Under the pieces are notes generated by a model. That model saw only the letters and a list, made by a program, of their open reading frames with translations. It had not been told where the DNA came from and made no database searches. The translations under genes were made by a program, and so were the position numbers. Shown piece by piece: positions 37,702 through 51,124 of a DNA stretch of 64,000 bases (position 1 is its first letter; the number at the start of each line of letters is the position of its first letter). Origin of the DNA: Squalus acanthias (taxonomy: Eukaryota); NCBI GenBank assembly GCA_030390025.1, contig CM059432.1:34970001-35034000 (forward strand). Direction: 5' to 3'.

Positions 37702-40086
37702 TGTAGGGGGTGGTGGTTTGTGTCAGCTTCACCTCTGACTTCTGAGCGGTTCGAATCGCTCCCACTCCCTTGGTTCTAGACCTTGGACTTATTTGGGGGT
37801 TGTGACAAAAAGTGCAGCAGACAACTGATTTTGATGCAAGAACTTTGGGGGGAAAAATTCAGTCGCGCCCCGTTTGGGGCGCAAATATCGTCCGGGCGCA
37901 AAAATTAGCGCCAGGCGCTAATTATCGCCACTGACTGGAAACTTAACTTTTAACGCCCCTGGAGGTGATTGGAGCGCTAAATCAGGCGCTGCACACCTGT
38001 CTTAAGGCGCAAAGGCCGAGGAGTGAGGCGCTAACTCAGAGCGCTGGCGAAGCTCATGTAATGTCAGTCAGCAATGGAACACACACACAATGGCACGGGC
38101 CAGTTCTTAAAGGGGATGGTTAATCTTGCTTTCCATCCACATCCTACTCATTGCAGCCTTGAATCTCGGCCTGGAGAGACTTGCACATCAAATGTGCTGG
38201 AAAGAACAATGGAGAGCACCAGGCAAAGAGCTCAGAGTGCAGCCCGCACAGTCTCTGCTAAATCAATACAAGGAATGGAAAATCAAACTGAACCTGCAAA
38301 GTGCTGCTCAGTACCCAAAACTCCTTCACACAACGTTGAATCTCTCCAGAAGTCTCTCCCTCTCTCTCTCAGAATGCGTAGTTCAAAAATGGCACCAACA
38401 ATAAAAGGCAGGAAGCGGTCACATTTAAATAGTGCTCCCCCTTTCCCTTAATGACTGCAGAACGCTCCCCTCAACCTGTCGTTGCTAGCGTCAGGCGGTA
38501 AGGCAGGGGGCGCCACTCAATATCCGCTCCGGGGCGATACCGGGGCGTTGCGCACTCGAGTGACGTCATGATCTGCCAGCGCAGGAGATCGTGGCAGGTA
38601 GTGTTTAGCGCCGCCGCAAAATGTCTAGTTAATTTCTCGAGTGGCGCAAACTTCGCCGCGCCCGGGCGCTAGCTGCTTTGCGCCCCATTAGCGCCCTCTT
38701 AAGGCGCTAATGGGAGGCGCAACCAACTGAATTTTTCCCCCTTGATCTTTATTCAAGTGAGTAAAACACAACACAAACACTCTTAACACTCTAAAAGTGG
38801 GGAACACTTCGGTACAAACGAGGGAAATCACATTAGAAGAATACTTCACCCCTCCCAATCCCACTTCACTAGCTAGGTTGGACTCCAGAGGACCAGGTTT
38901 GATACTCACCAGAATCCTTGACAGTTAGGTTAGTTCGCGGTTTTGGGGTTCGCTCTATATGTTGGTTGGTGTCTGCCGTACCCCGTACGCGGTAGAGGAC
39001 TTCAACTGCGTAGCTGGTCAGTCTTCGCGAGTCCGCTGATGCGATAGGGTGCGTATTGGATCTATCAGGTGAGTACCCACTTTTCTTTGGTTTAGAAGTA
39101 GGGTTTAGAGTTTTTTAGGGAAAATCTTACCCAGGGGTAAGTCAAGAGTAGATTGTAGAGTGGAAACTTTGCGGATCTTCGGTTTTTCTCCGAGTTGGTT
39201 TTCTTTGGTCGCAGTGGCCCAATGTTGGTGGTGATGTTCGGTTGGTTGTTTGTCGTGAGGCCCTTGTTGCCGCGAGGTGTCCGATGGTCACTGAGGCGGT
39301 CGTTCTGGTTTCTTCCACGTGTCGGCCTACTTCGTTGAATGGTCTGGCCTTCGAGCTGTCGACCTTCTGGCTGGACACAGAATGTTGAACGGTGGTGCTG
39401 GAGAACTGTGTTGCGGAGAATGCCTCCGTGGATAACTTGTCCTTCTTCCTTCCTCTTCTTCTTTTTCAGGTTGAGAACGGGCCTTCAATTATACTAATTG
39501 AAGCTTCCTTATCTGCGCGCCAAATCAGATCCCGGTCATTGTTAGATTTTGGCGGGCTCGTTAACGGTAACTTGTTTGCTAATGTGTGAAGTGGTTTCGG
39601 GATGGCTCCATCCTGTCGATTTGCCACTTAATCGTAGTTGATTGTCCCCAAGTTTTGGGTTTCTTGACTGGGCCTGGGATTTCTATAGAGTAGGCCGAAG
39701 TGATCTGTTTTATGCATGTTTTTAATGGGCTCTGTAAATTGGGGTGGAGACTGCTTTTCCTCGGGTTTATTGTAAGGATGTTAATGTCTGATAGGGGCCG
39801 ATTTAACTCCCAGCAAGGTCATGCGGTTCCCCAGACAGTTTTCATTAACTCCAATACCCAAACTGTCTTTACAGAGGTTCAACCCACCTTCCTCTACAGC
39901 CTTTTCTCCCTTACAAGTCCAGACACATCTTTTAAAATACTAAATCTTGGTTTTTGCTCTAAAATGTCCTTCGGTTAGGCCCAATGCATTTCACCACCCT
40001 ATAATAGTTAGAAAAGAGTCCAAAGTCTTTTTCCTTAGGGTTTGTCTTCGAGTTTAGGGGGATCTGTGAATTTTGAGAATCTTACA
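37702..40086 (-). mobile_element. Solo-LTR-like element (~1.5 kb after removing the nested MITE)
   Basis: Starts TGTAG, ends CTTACA, flanked by 4-bp duplication GCTG (37698-37701 and 40087-40090). Removing it rejoins CR1 ORF2 as MARL-DDIYFNARSL. Minus-strand AATAAA at 38748-38753. No coding remnant recognised. Confidence 0.78.
37848..38741. mobile_element. PIF/Harbinger-type MITE (family A) nested in the solo LTR
   Basis: 16-bp TIR GGGGGAAAAATTCAGT/ACTGAATTTTTCCCCC, 3-bp TSD TTG, GC-rich subterminal gcgc repeats. Confidence 0.88.
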
Positions 40087-42872
40087 GCTGGATGACATTT
40101 ATTTTAATGCAAGGAGTCTTGCGAGTAAGGCAGATGAATGGAAGGTGTTGATGAACACATGGGAGTATGATATTGTTGCTATCACAGAGACATGGTTGAG
40201 GGAGGGGCAGGACTGGCAGCTCAATATTGCAGGGTATAGAATCTTCAGGCGAGACAGAGTGGGGTGTAAAAGAGGAGGGAGTGTCGCAATATTAATCAAG
40301 GAGTCAATTACTGCAGTAAGGAGGGATGATATCTTAGCAGGTTCCTCTAATGAGGCCATATGGGTAGAACTTAAAAACAAAAAGGGGGCAAGCACTTTGC
40401 TGGGTGTGTACTATAGGCCCCCAAACAGTCAGGGGGAGATAGAGGAACAGATATGTAGGCAAATCGCAGAGAGAAGTGTAGAAATAATAGGGTAATAATA
40501 GTAGGGGATTTCAACTTCCCCAATATTAGCTGGGATAGTCAGAGTGTGAAAGGCTTAGAGGGTGCGGAATTCTTAAAGTGCATCCAGGAGAGCTTTTTGA
40601 GCCAGCATGTAGAAAGTCCTACAAGAGAGGGGGCGGTACTGGACCTAATTCTAGGGAAGGTAGCCAGGCAATTGGTAGAAGTGTCAGTAGGAGAGCATTT
40701 TGATGACAGTGACCATAATTCGGTGAGATTTAAGGTAGTCATGGAAAAGGACAAAGATGGACCGGAAATAAAGGTTCTAAATTGGGGGAAGGCCGATTTT
40801 AATATGATAAGGCAGGATCTAGCCAAAGTGGACTGGGATCAGCTACTTGTAGGAAAATCCACATCAGAGCAGTGGGAGTCTTTCAGAAAGGAAATAGAGA
40901 GAGTACAGCGCCAACATGTTCCCGTAAAGGTCAAGGGTGGAACCAACAAGTCCAGGGAACCCTGGATGTCAAGGGATATACAAGAATGGATTAGGAAAAA
41001 AGGGAGGCTTTTGGCAGATACAAAGAACTAAAAACAGTGGAAGCCCTAGAGGAGTATAGAAAGTGCAGGGGGGTACTTAAAAAATAAATTAGGAGAGCAA
41101 AGAGGAGGCATGAAAAAACACTGACGGTCAAAATAAAGGAAAATCCAAGGTGTTTTATAAGTATATTAAGGGCAAGAGGATAACCAGGGAAAGAGTAGGG
41201 CTCATTAGGGACCAAAGTGGCAATCTGTGTGTAGAGCCGGAAGATGTAGGTGAGGTTTTAAATGAATATTTTGCATCTGTGTTCACTATGGAGAAGGACG
41301 ATGTAGGCTTGGAAATCAGGCAGGGGGATTGTGATATACTTGAACAAATTAGCATTGAGAGGGAGGAGGTACTAGTGGTTTTAGCAGGCTTAAAAGTGGA
41401 TAAATCCCCAGGCCCAGACGAGATGTATCCCAGGCTGCTGTGTGAGGCAAGGGAGGAGATTGCAGGGGCTCTGACACAAATTTTCAGAACCTCTCTGGCC
41501 ACAGGGGAGGTACCAGAGGACTGGAAGACAGCTAACGTAGTACCATTATTCAAGAAGGGTAGTAGGGATAAACCAGGGAATTACAGGCCAGTGAGCCTAA
41601 CATCAGTGGTAGGGAAATTATTGGAAAAAATTCTGAGGGACAGAATTAGTCTCCACTTGGAGAGGCAAGGATTAATCAAGGATAGTCAGCATGGCTTTGT
41701 CAGGGGGAGATCATGTCTAACCAATTTGAGTGAATTTTTCGAGGGGGTGACTAGGTGTGTGGATGAGGGTAGTGCAGTTGATGTGGTCTACATGGACTTC
41801 AGTAAGGCTTTTGACAAAGTCCCGCATGGGAGACTGGTCAAGAAGGTAAGAGCCCATGGGATCCATGGTAATTTTGCACATTGGATCCAAAATTGGCTTA
41901 GTGGTCGAAGGTTGTTTTTGTGACTGGAAGCCTGTGTCCAGTGGTGTACCGCAGGGATCGGTGCTGGGTCCTTTGCTGTTTGTAGTGTACATTAATGATT
42001 TAGATATGAATGTAGGAGGTATGATCAGTAAGTTCGCAGATGACACGAAAATTGGTGGAGTGGTAAATAGCGAGGAGGGAAGCCTCAGGCTACAGGACGA
42101 TATAGAGGGGTTGGTTAGATGGGCAGAACAGTGGCAAATGGAATTTAACCCTGAAAAGTGTGAGGTGATGCATTTTGGGAGGACTAACAAGGCAAGGGAA
42201 TACACAATGGATGTTAGGACCCTAGGAAGGACAGAGGATCAGAGGGACCTTGGTGTGCATGTACATAGATCCCTGAAGGCAGCAGGACAGGTAGATAAGG
42301 TGGTTAAGAAGGCATATGGGATACTTGCCTTCATGAGCTGAGGCATAGAATATAAGAGCAGGGAGGTTATGATGGAGCTGTACAAAACGCTAGTTAGGCC
42401 ACAGCTGGAATACTGTGTGCAGTTCTGGTCGCCACACTATAGGAAGGATGTGATTGCATTGGAGAGGGTGCAGAGGAGATTCACCAGGATGTTACCTGGG
42501 CTGGAGCGTTTCAGCTATGAAGAGAGACTGGACAGGCTGGGGTTGTTTTCCTTAGAGCAGAGAATGCTGAGGGGGGACCTGATTGAGGTGTACAAAATTA
42601 TGAGGGGCATAGATAGGGTAGATAGAAAGGAACTTTTCCCCTTAGTAGAGGGGTCAATAACCAGTGGGCATAGTTTCAAGGTAAGGGGCAGGAGGTTTAG
42701 AGGGGATTTGAGGAAAAACTTTTTCACCCAGAGGGTGGTTGGAATCTGGAAGTCACTGCCTGAAAGGATGGCAGAGGCAGGAACCCTCACAACATTCAAG
42801 AAGCATTTAGATGAGCACTTGAAACGCCATAGCATACAAGGCTATGGACCAAGTGCTGGAAAATCGGATTAG
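40087..42872 (+). pseudogene. CR1 ORF2 (APE endonuclease plus reverse transcriptase); its first codons lie at 37690-37701, before the LTR insertion
   Basis: YFNARSL..DIVAITETWL..GVYYRPP..GDFN..SDHN (APE). NYRPVSLTS, QHGF, YMDFSKAFDKVPH, GVPQGSVLGP and KFADDTK (RT). Several stops and frameshifts, and a small deletion near 41900. Confidence 0.93.
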
Positions 42873-42944
42873 AATAGATAGGGCTTGATGGCCTGCGCAG
42901 ACACGATAGGCCAAAGGGCCTCTTTCTGTGCTGTATAACTCTAT

Positions 42945-43837
42945 GAGGGAAAAATTCAGTTGGTTGCACCTCCCGTTAGCGCCTTAAGAGGGCGCTAATG
43001 GGGCGCAAAGCATCTGGCGCCCAGGCGCGGCGAAGTTTGCGCCGCTCGAGAAATTAACTAGACATTTTGCGGCGGCGCTAAACACTACCGCCACGATCTC
43101 CTGCACCGGCAGATCGTGACGTCAGTCGAGTGCGCAACGCCCCGGTATCGCCCCGGAGCGGATATTGAGTGGCGCCCCCTGCCTTACCGCCTGACGCTAG
43201 CAACGACAGGTTGAGGGGAGCGTTCTGCAGTCATGAAGGGAAAGGGGGAGCGCTATTTAAAGGTGACCGCTTCGTGCCTTTTATTGTTGGTGCCATTTTT
43301 GAACTACGCATTCTGAGAGAGAGAGGGAGAGACTTCTGGAGAGATTCAACGTTGTGTGAAGGAGTTTTGGGTACTGAGCAGCACTTTGCAGGTTCATTTT
43401 GATTTGCCATTCCTTGTATCGATTTAGAAGAGACTGTGGGGGCTGCACTCTGAGCTCTTTGCCTGGTACTCTCCATTGTTCTTTCCAGCAGATTTGATGT
43501 GCAAGTCTCTCCAGGCCGAGATTCAAGGCTGCAATGAGCAGGATGTGGATGGAAAGCAAGATTAACCATCCCCTTTAAGAACTGGCCCGTGCCATCGTGT
43601 GTGTGTTCCATTGCTGACTGACATTACATGAGCTTCGCCAGCGCTCTGAGGTAGCGCCTCGCTCCACGGCCTTTGCGCCTTAAGACAGGTGTGAAGCGCC
43701 TGATTTAGCACTGCAATCACCTCCAGGGGCGATAAAAGTTAAGTTTGCAGTCGGTGGCGATAATTAGCGCCAGGCGCTAATCTTTGCGCCCGGCCGATAA
43801 TTGCGCCCCAAATGGGGCGATACTGAATTTCTCCCCC
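42945..43837. mobile_element. PIF/Harbinger-type MITE (family A), inverted copy of 37848-38741, inserted in the CR1 tail
   Basis: Same TIRs, TSD TAT (42942-42944 and 43838-43840). The internal sequence is the reverse complement of the first copy, and the ORF-track translations are nearly identical. Confidence 0.88.
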
Positions 43838-45585
43838 TATGACTCTAAGGCCTCATTCTCACCCGAGGCCTTTCTTTGGATTCACTTCTTCCCCCTTAAG
43901 GTCCCTTCTCAAACCACAGCACTGCTGGGATTTTCTGCCCTGGTTCCCTCTTATCAACGAGAGCCCACTATGAAAATGGAGTGAACCCCAGACCGGGAAG
44001 ATGGGTTGGGGTGATTGAGGGCGGATCCGGTAGATGGGGCGGAAGAACGAACCCACCAGAATTCTGGCCTGAAGAGGAGAATCCCCTCAACGTATTTTAT
44101 CAAGGAATCAGCACCAATGTGGGGAAAAAAACGCATACTAAACAAGCAAACAACAACAACTTGTGTGTCGTACATAGTAAAATGTCCCACGCGCTTCACA
44201 GGTTTGTAATCGGAAAAGATTGACATCGAGCCAAAGAAAGATATTAGGACAGGTGAGCTAGGTTTCAAGGAACATCTTAAAGGAGGAGAGGTGGAGAGCT
44301 TTAGGAAGGGAATTCCAGAGCTTAGGACCTAGACGGCTGAAGACACAGCCGGCAATGGCGTGGCGAAAGGAATGGAGGATGCACAAGAGACTAGAGTTGG
44401 AGGAATGCAGAGTTCTCGAGGGTTGTATGGCTGGAAAAGGTTACAGACAGTGAGTATCAAAGAAGTGTGGTAAAATGCATCTTCAACAGCATGACAAAAT
44501 ATTTTTCTTGAAACACATTAAGATCTTCATTCACTCATTAGGTTCTTATTATAATTAAACTGGTATTAATCAAAGCTGGGTAGATGGGTCATTCAATAGG
44601 TGTAATGCACATCTCATTGGTAATCTCATTGTCTGAAGGTCATGTAATTGTAAAGGTAGAATCGCTGTTCTGTGTAATTAAGCATAAGGTTTGTAATTAT
44701 CAGCAATCGCAGGGAATCAACAGAAGAAGGTTCGGCAATGCTGAAATGCCTCATGCTGATGCAAGTCAATATTTCCATTTTTTGAAAATTAATTTTTCAA
44801 ATTTTCCAGCTTACGTTTATGTTTTTTTAATTGAAAAACCCAGGGAAAACGCTCAGATAGACAAGCCAGTACGGTCATCTTACTTTTATATAGCAATCGG
44901 GATATGCAGAGGAGCGAGCCATCGGCTTTGTGGCAGCATTCCCGCCTTTGAGTCAAAAGGTGCAAGGTTCGAACCCGCTTCAGACATTCGTGGCGAGTGG
45001 CGACCCAGCTCCAGCTCTGAATTCTAGTTTGACATCCCGAAAGATGCTCATGTCTAATAAGTGTTGATGCCCCCATGCACCCCCCCCCTACCCCGCACCC
45101 CCCCCCCCCCCGCCCCCCGCTCATCATATGGGTTGTGGGGGCCCAGAAAACCCTCCCGTCGTATAGGACGATGCATCCTATCGGCTGGTATAACGATAGT
45201 TCCAGCCATGGAAGGCGTCATGGTCTCTCATACTGTTAATCAGCCTACGAATCCTTCCACTACTTCACACTTTTCTCCAAGGGAAAAGTTTAAAGGTACA
45301 ACACCAACTATGTACAGAGATGTCTCCAAGTGTCGTAGACGTTGAGCAAGGGAGGGGAATGAAGAGGAAGAGGTGCAATAAAGGGAACCAGCAGAGGAGG
45401 TAAGGATGCCAATCATGGCTCTTGTATCTGAGTTAGAAGGTTGTTGCTTCAAACCCCACTCCAGATACTTGAGCACGTAATCTAGGCTAACATGTTAGTG
45501 CAGTACTGAGGGAGAGCTGTGTTGTTAGAAGTGATGCTTTTGGGATAAAATATCTGCCCTCTCAGGTGGATGTATAAGATCCTTT

Positions 45586-47026
45586 GGGGGAAAAATTCAG
45601 TTGGTTAGCACCTCCCGTTGGCGCTAATGGGGCGCTGATGCAGTAGCGCCGGGGCGAGGCGAATCCAGCAACGCACGGCAAATTCGGTCCCCCCCTTGTT
45701 GCGCCACCGGTACGAGGTACCACCGGGGACTTCAATGCCAGGCAGATCGTGATGTCAGTGAGTGTGCAACACTCACTGGGCGCCCAATCTGCAAAATTGA
45801 TTTTCACCACCTACCTTAGCGCCTCGACCAGACAGCGACAGGGAGAGGAGGCATCAAGCAGGCGGAAGCCGGCTCCAGGGATGTTATTTAAAGGGATCAT
45901 GAGTAATGAGTGCTAGCTGACAGGTTAGTGGAGGTTCAGTGTTTTCTTGTCAGTTTGACATTGTGCAACAGTTTAATTCAGTAATTTAAAGGTTCTTTTG
46001 TATCAGGAGTGTTGTGGTAACTAAAAAGTAGTTACATTTATTCTTAAAAAAAATCAAAGTGCTACACTTGGCTTACATTAATGGGGGCTGTACTGGCAGT
46101 CGACCTCGCCCTCCAGGATCTATGGAGGAGGGAACGGAGGCAGTGAGAAAGACTGGAACATGTGGCCAGAGGGAGGAGGAGGGCCATCAGGGCTCTATAC
46201 AGGAGGCCTTACCCTCCAAGGGTATTCTGAGAGCATTTCTCCTACCTCCAATTAAGTGAGGAGCAGTGTATTAGACAGCTCCGCATCACCAAGTTGGTGG
46301 TCACAGAACTCTGCCACCTACTCCAAACAGACCTTCAGCCTCACACCAGGATGACTTCAACCCCAGATCCCTTTTGCTCACCACATGCCCATCATACCAT
46401 CCCTGTGTCATGCCATATCACAGCATCCTCATGGGTGCAAAGGTGAAATTGCAAACTTCATTCATAAATTTATGCATAAACATATCACACATATCACATT
46501 CATTCTAATAACTAGACTCCTGCTAAATTCAGCGGGAGTTTAGCGGCGGCGGTAACCGGTAGCACCCCGCTCCGCTGCGCAGGCGATGACGATGTCATCA
46601 CCGTGCGCAGCGCCCCGTTTTCGCCCCACCTGTAAAATTGGCCCGCAGCCCCTGAATCTGCACTGAGCGATGACAGCGACCGATTCAGGGGGCGGGAGCG
46701 GAGCGGCAGGAGGCTCGTGGGGCAATAAGTAAAGGGGAGGTGGAGGGCAGGGGAAAAAAAATCGGCCACAGCCCGTAGCCTCTTTGAACGCGGGTTCTGT
46801 GCCGTGATCTGGCAGCCCAGCACTCCGCTCGCTGGTGGTCCAAGTAGGGCCCCACAGATTTGTGGGCTGGAGCCCCTCCATGTAGCAACACTACGTGGCC
46901 CAGTGTCTAGCGCTGCAGAATGCACCACCCCGAATTAGCGCCCCACCTACCTCTTGGGGCGCTAAAACTGAAGTTAGCGATTGCCAGCGCTATTTTTCGC
47001 CGGGCGCTAAATTAAAATTTTCCCCC
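45586..47026 (+). mobile_element. Internally deleted Harbinger derivative with family A termini and a transposase N-terminal remnant (~46200-46350)
   Basis: TIR GGGGGAAAAATT/AATTTTCCCCC. Frame from 46201 reads RRPYPPRVF*EHFSYLQLSEEQCIRQLRITKLVVTELCHLLQTDLQP, similar to the transposase at 19000-19140. TSD is imperfect (ttt/tta). Confidence 0.7.
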
Positions 47027-47382
47027 TTAATATCTTATACATCGATTGTAGAGGTGAAGAATGAGCAACGGTTAATGTCCAAAGAAAGTGAGAAGAATTT
47101 TAGCAAATCAAGGATGGGGTTATGTAATCAAGATCCTTTTAAAGGAGAGAATCGCCCCATCAGATGCCTCCCCATACCATCGCCATATAAAGTAAACCTG
47201 GAATATTACTTTAAACTGCACTGAACGGGGATTGGGTTTATATAGACTGCCACCCAGTCCAGTGAAGGGGGGTTGGGTTGCTATAGACTATTATCCAGTG
47301 CAGTGAATGGGGATTGGTTTAGTATAGACTGTTGTGACGTGGGTCGGTAATTATTTGGGAGGTAGGAGACAGCAGAGATAAA

Positions 47383-48236
47383 GGCCGCGATTTTATCAAT
47401 GGAGGCGGGTTGGGTGCGGGTCAGGTGGTTTCTGGCTTCCAGTCCCACCCCGAACTTCATCCGGCCCACAGACGTGATTTTACGTTGATTGATCTTGTTA
47501 AGCCCGCCCTGCCAGCCAATTAAGAGGAAGCCGGTCAGATGACGTCATTTGATGACGCGTCATCTGCTGGTTTCCTTAAAGGGACCACACACAATTTTTT
47601 TTGACAGTTGATCCTCAGTGTTTGACAGCATTGAGGTGCTGCAAACACTGACAATCACTGCACAAAAGTGACCTCTTGCACCCAGGCTCTCCAATGACTC
47701 CCTCCATCGGCTGAAATAGATGGCAGCTGCAGGTGAGGTGGCAGAAGCGATCTGTCACTGGTGAGAGAGGTTCTCCCAATGAGGTGGCACTGGACATGGA
47801 TTTCAAAACGTGTAACCTAAAGAAAAGTGTAAATGTATTAAAAATGCAGTTCCCAACATTTTTTTCCCTCTGAGACTCACCAGTGCAACACTGGATCCTT
47901 CACACCACTTCTGCAGCTGTCATCAATGCAGAAACATTACAGCAGACTCACAACACACCACACTTACCTGGCGTGGTGTCCGGACGTTGGGAAACCCGAG
48001 CCTGAAGCGGCAAAATTCAAAAATAGGCTGTCAACTACTAGCAACTACCTGTTAATAGGCAGATAATTGCCTTTAATCCTCTTCCCGCGGCTAGGTGTCG
48101 GGTCCATTCGCAAATCGGGGACCCGACACTTAGGAAAATTGTTTGGAGGCGGGGTTGACGGCGGGATCGCAACCCACCGTCAATCAAAATGCTTTTAACC
48201 TTTGACCCGCCTCCAAACGCTGGCAAAATCCAGCCC
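47383..48236. mobile_element. Harbinger non-autonomous element (family B), second copy
   Basis: Colinear with 27298-28162. Termini ggccgcgatttt/aaaatccagccc match those of the 18323-24316 element. Confidence 0.8.
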
Positions 48237-48801
48237 AGAGAAACTAGGAGCTGTGTAGGTGCAAAACGATTTAGGTGTCCATGTAGACAAATCACTAAAA
48301 TCCAGTGCACAGGTACAAAAAGTAAAAGGCTAATGGAATGTTGGCCTGTATCTCAAGGGGATTGGAATTCTAAAGTGAGGAGGTGATATACAGCTGTACA
48401 GTGCCTTGATCAGATCCCATCTGGAGTATTACGTACAGCTGTGGGCACCAGACCTCAGGAGAGATATGTTGGCCTTGGAGGGGGATACAGTGTGGATTCA
48501 CCAGAATAATACCAGGGCTAAAATGGTTAAATTATGAGGATAAGTTGCATAAACTTAGCTTGTATTTTCTTGAGTTTAGATAATTGAGGGGTGATCTAAT
48601 TGAGATGTTTAAAATGACAAAGGGATTCGATACGGCAGATAAAGAGAATCTATATCCTCTGGTGGGGAATCCAGAGCAAGGGGACACAATCTTAAAATCT
48701 TAGCTAGGCCATTCAGGACTGAGATCAGGAAGCACATTTTCACACAAGGGGTAGTGGAAATCTGGAACTCTTTCCCCCAAAAGGCTGTGTGTGCTGGTTC
48801 A

Positions 48802-49062
<261 letters not shown>

Positions 49063-49789
49063 TCATTGAAACATTTAAAAAAGAGATGTATAGATTCCTC
49101 AAAGCACAAGACATAAGGAAATAAAAACCCAGATCCTAATCTACGTGGGTTAGTTCTACGCTGTGCGTGCAGGCGAGCCAATGAGAACATGTGGGTGTTT
49201 AATCCTGCTCTGGGGGGCAACACGTCCATGACTTGCCAATGAGCAAGGTTCCACAGGCATACTTGGAAATTTACACTTGTTCTCAGGATATGGACGACCC
49301 TGGCATTTATTGCCCATCCCTAGTTTCCCCAAGAAGATGGTGGGGATTTTCTTATTGCACTTTACAACTTGCCAGGCCACTTCAGAGGGTGTTAATAGTC
49401 AACCGCATAAGAGTAGGACTGGAGTCACATGAAGGGCTAGACCAAGTAGGGGTGGCAGGTTCCCTTCCCTGAAGGACATTAGTGAACCAAGACACTTTTT
49501 TTCTGGTGTCAGCCCACAAATGACCAGATTTATTGAATACAGTTTCATGACTTGCTATGCTGGGATTTGAACTCATGACCTCTGCATCACTATTACACGA
49601 CATAACCCTTTTTTTTTCCAAATGTGCCCTTTAAAACCACATGTGAAGTGTGTAAATGCAGTGAATAATCTTTCCAGGCAGACTAGCTGCTGGTGAAACT
49701 CCCAGATTGCCATCCCACGGTCTCCATTTTATAATAAAAAGGACACCAATCCAAAATGGAACACAATTCACTATTCTTGTCAGTCACTA

Positions 49790-51124
49790 CAGAACAACCA
49801 ACAAATTTATTTATTTTTCACAATCATTAAAGCTGCAAACTGTCTTCTGCATTTGTTAAAAAATAATAATATTAACAATAAATAATAATTTATCCTTTTT
49901 TTCTCACAATTGTTAACCAAACAACATGAACATCACAAACTCAACTAGAAACAACATCCAGAACATCACCATGTTTTGAACGCACTCCAATTAGTTTGCT
50001 GGACAATGAGTGGACATGAAGCCAGTTGAACTTTGATACCTAACACTTGGAGCTCAATGCCTCGACAATGGAGAAGGTTGTGGTTTTCAATGTTGTCTTA
50101 TTGTACTCAAGGGGTCACCATCCAACTCAAAGTATTAAAGATAATTGGGAATCTTGCAGTTGCATTAACCCATGGTCTTTCAAATAGTGCCTGTGTGGCT
50201 TTTCACAACAGCACTGTTCTAAATATCGGCTTCTCTCCGACTTTCTGCTATTAAGGGTCTGTGCTGATGTTTACTGTTGAGTTGTTTTGTTACCCCATTA
50301 TTTCTGAATCTTCTTGCTATCCTCCCAACATGAAAAAAGATCCAAATGATTAATTTCCGCGATATCAGTGCAAGATATTCAGGACATTGTCACACCCCAG
50401 GTGGGACTCTGCAGCTCTTTATGTAGTGGTGCAGCAATGGAAATCATCTGCAAACTCTATAAAAACGGAAGGAGTATGTTTCTAACTGCCACCTTTACAT
50501 GATTCTGCTGAAGCCATCTTCCAGACCCTCTTCTCTGGGATCTAGTGGTCCCTCCAGCTGAAGATAACTCCTCAGCGGAAAAAAAAACCCAGACATCGTC
50601 CGGGGAGAGTTTTGTATCATCAAATCCCAAAGCTTAATATGACTGCCAACAAAGATAAAAGGAGGGGAGTAGATTGCCCATTCTTCCCCACAAACTCCAG
50701 CATTTGATGGTCCTCTAACATGGTCAACTGATGAGGGTGAAATGTAGGCAGCAGAGAGGATTTACTCTGGTAGATTCAGGCCATGCAGAAGCAACGAGTG
50801 TCACCAACGCTGTTTTAAGTCTACCCACTGAATGTTGGCACTTGTGACGACATTGAGGAACAGTGCTTGACTAAAATCTAAATAATTATTCAAAGATGCA
50901 GGCAACCCTTAAAAGGAAAAAAAGGATAACATGATGCAGCTGGGTGTGTCATGTCTTCCTGATTCTCTTTCCACATTTTATTGGGTCTTTTCCAGTTGGA
51001 GTAGCCTGCTCTTGCCAGTGTAGTGAAACAAGTGGAGAATAAATTCAATCCATTGCTATTGTCTTATAGTTGAGGAGTGCAGTTGTGTGTGGAGTTGGAT
51101 GTATCTTGTGCAAGTATCGACCAG
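49790..51124 (-). other. PTH1R: Candidate PTH1R 3' UTR with poly(A) signal
   Basis: Unique, TE-free stretch directly after the stop codon. Minus-strand AATAAATAAA at ~49806-49815 is followed by a GU-rich tract (tggttgttctgt), with AU-rich sequence at ~49860-49890. An alternative AATAAA lies at ~50977-50982. The end point is inferred. Confidence 0.55.

Larger units (their letters stand above)
36339..43846 (+). mobile_element. Near full-length CR1 LINE (5' UTR, ORF1, ORF2, microsatellite tail), interrupted by a solo LTR and a MITE
   Basis: ORF1 and ORF2 remnants in order. The 3' UTR ...ggcctctttctgtgctgtataactctat|gactct ends in a CR1-type short-repeat tail split by the MITE at 42945-43837. 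Confidence 0.88.

Noticed and set aside
38074..38451. Duplicated 125/126-aa ORF (also 43231-43611) as a small gene family
   Set aside because: Both lie inside copies of one MITE, so the similarity reflects the repeat. No recognisable domain.
45078..45120. Poly-C tract (G-quadruplex potential on the minus strand)
   Set aside because: Simple low-complexity run with no supporting context.
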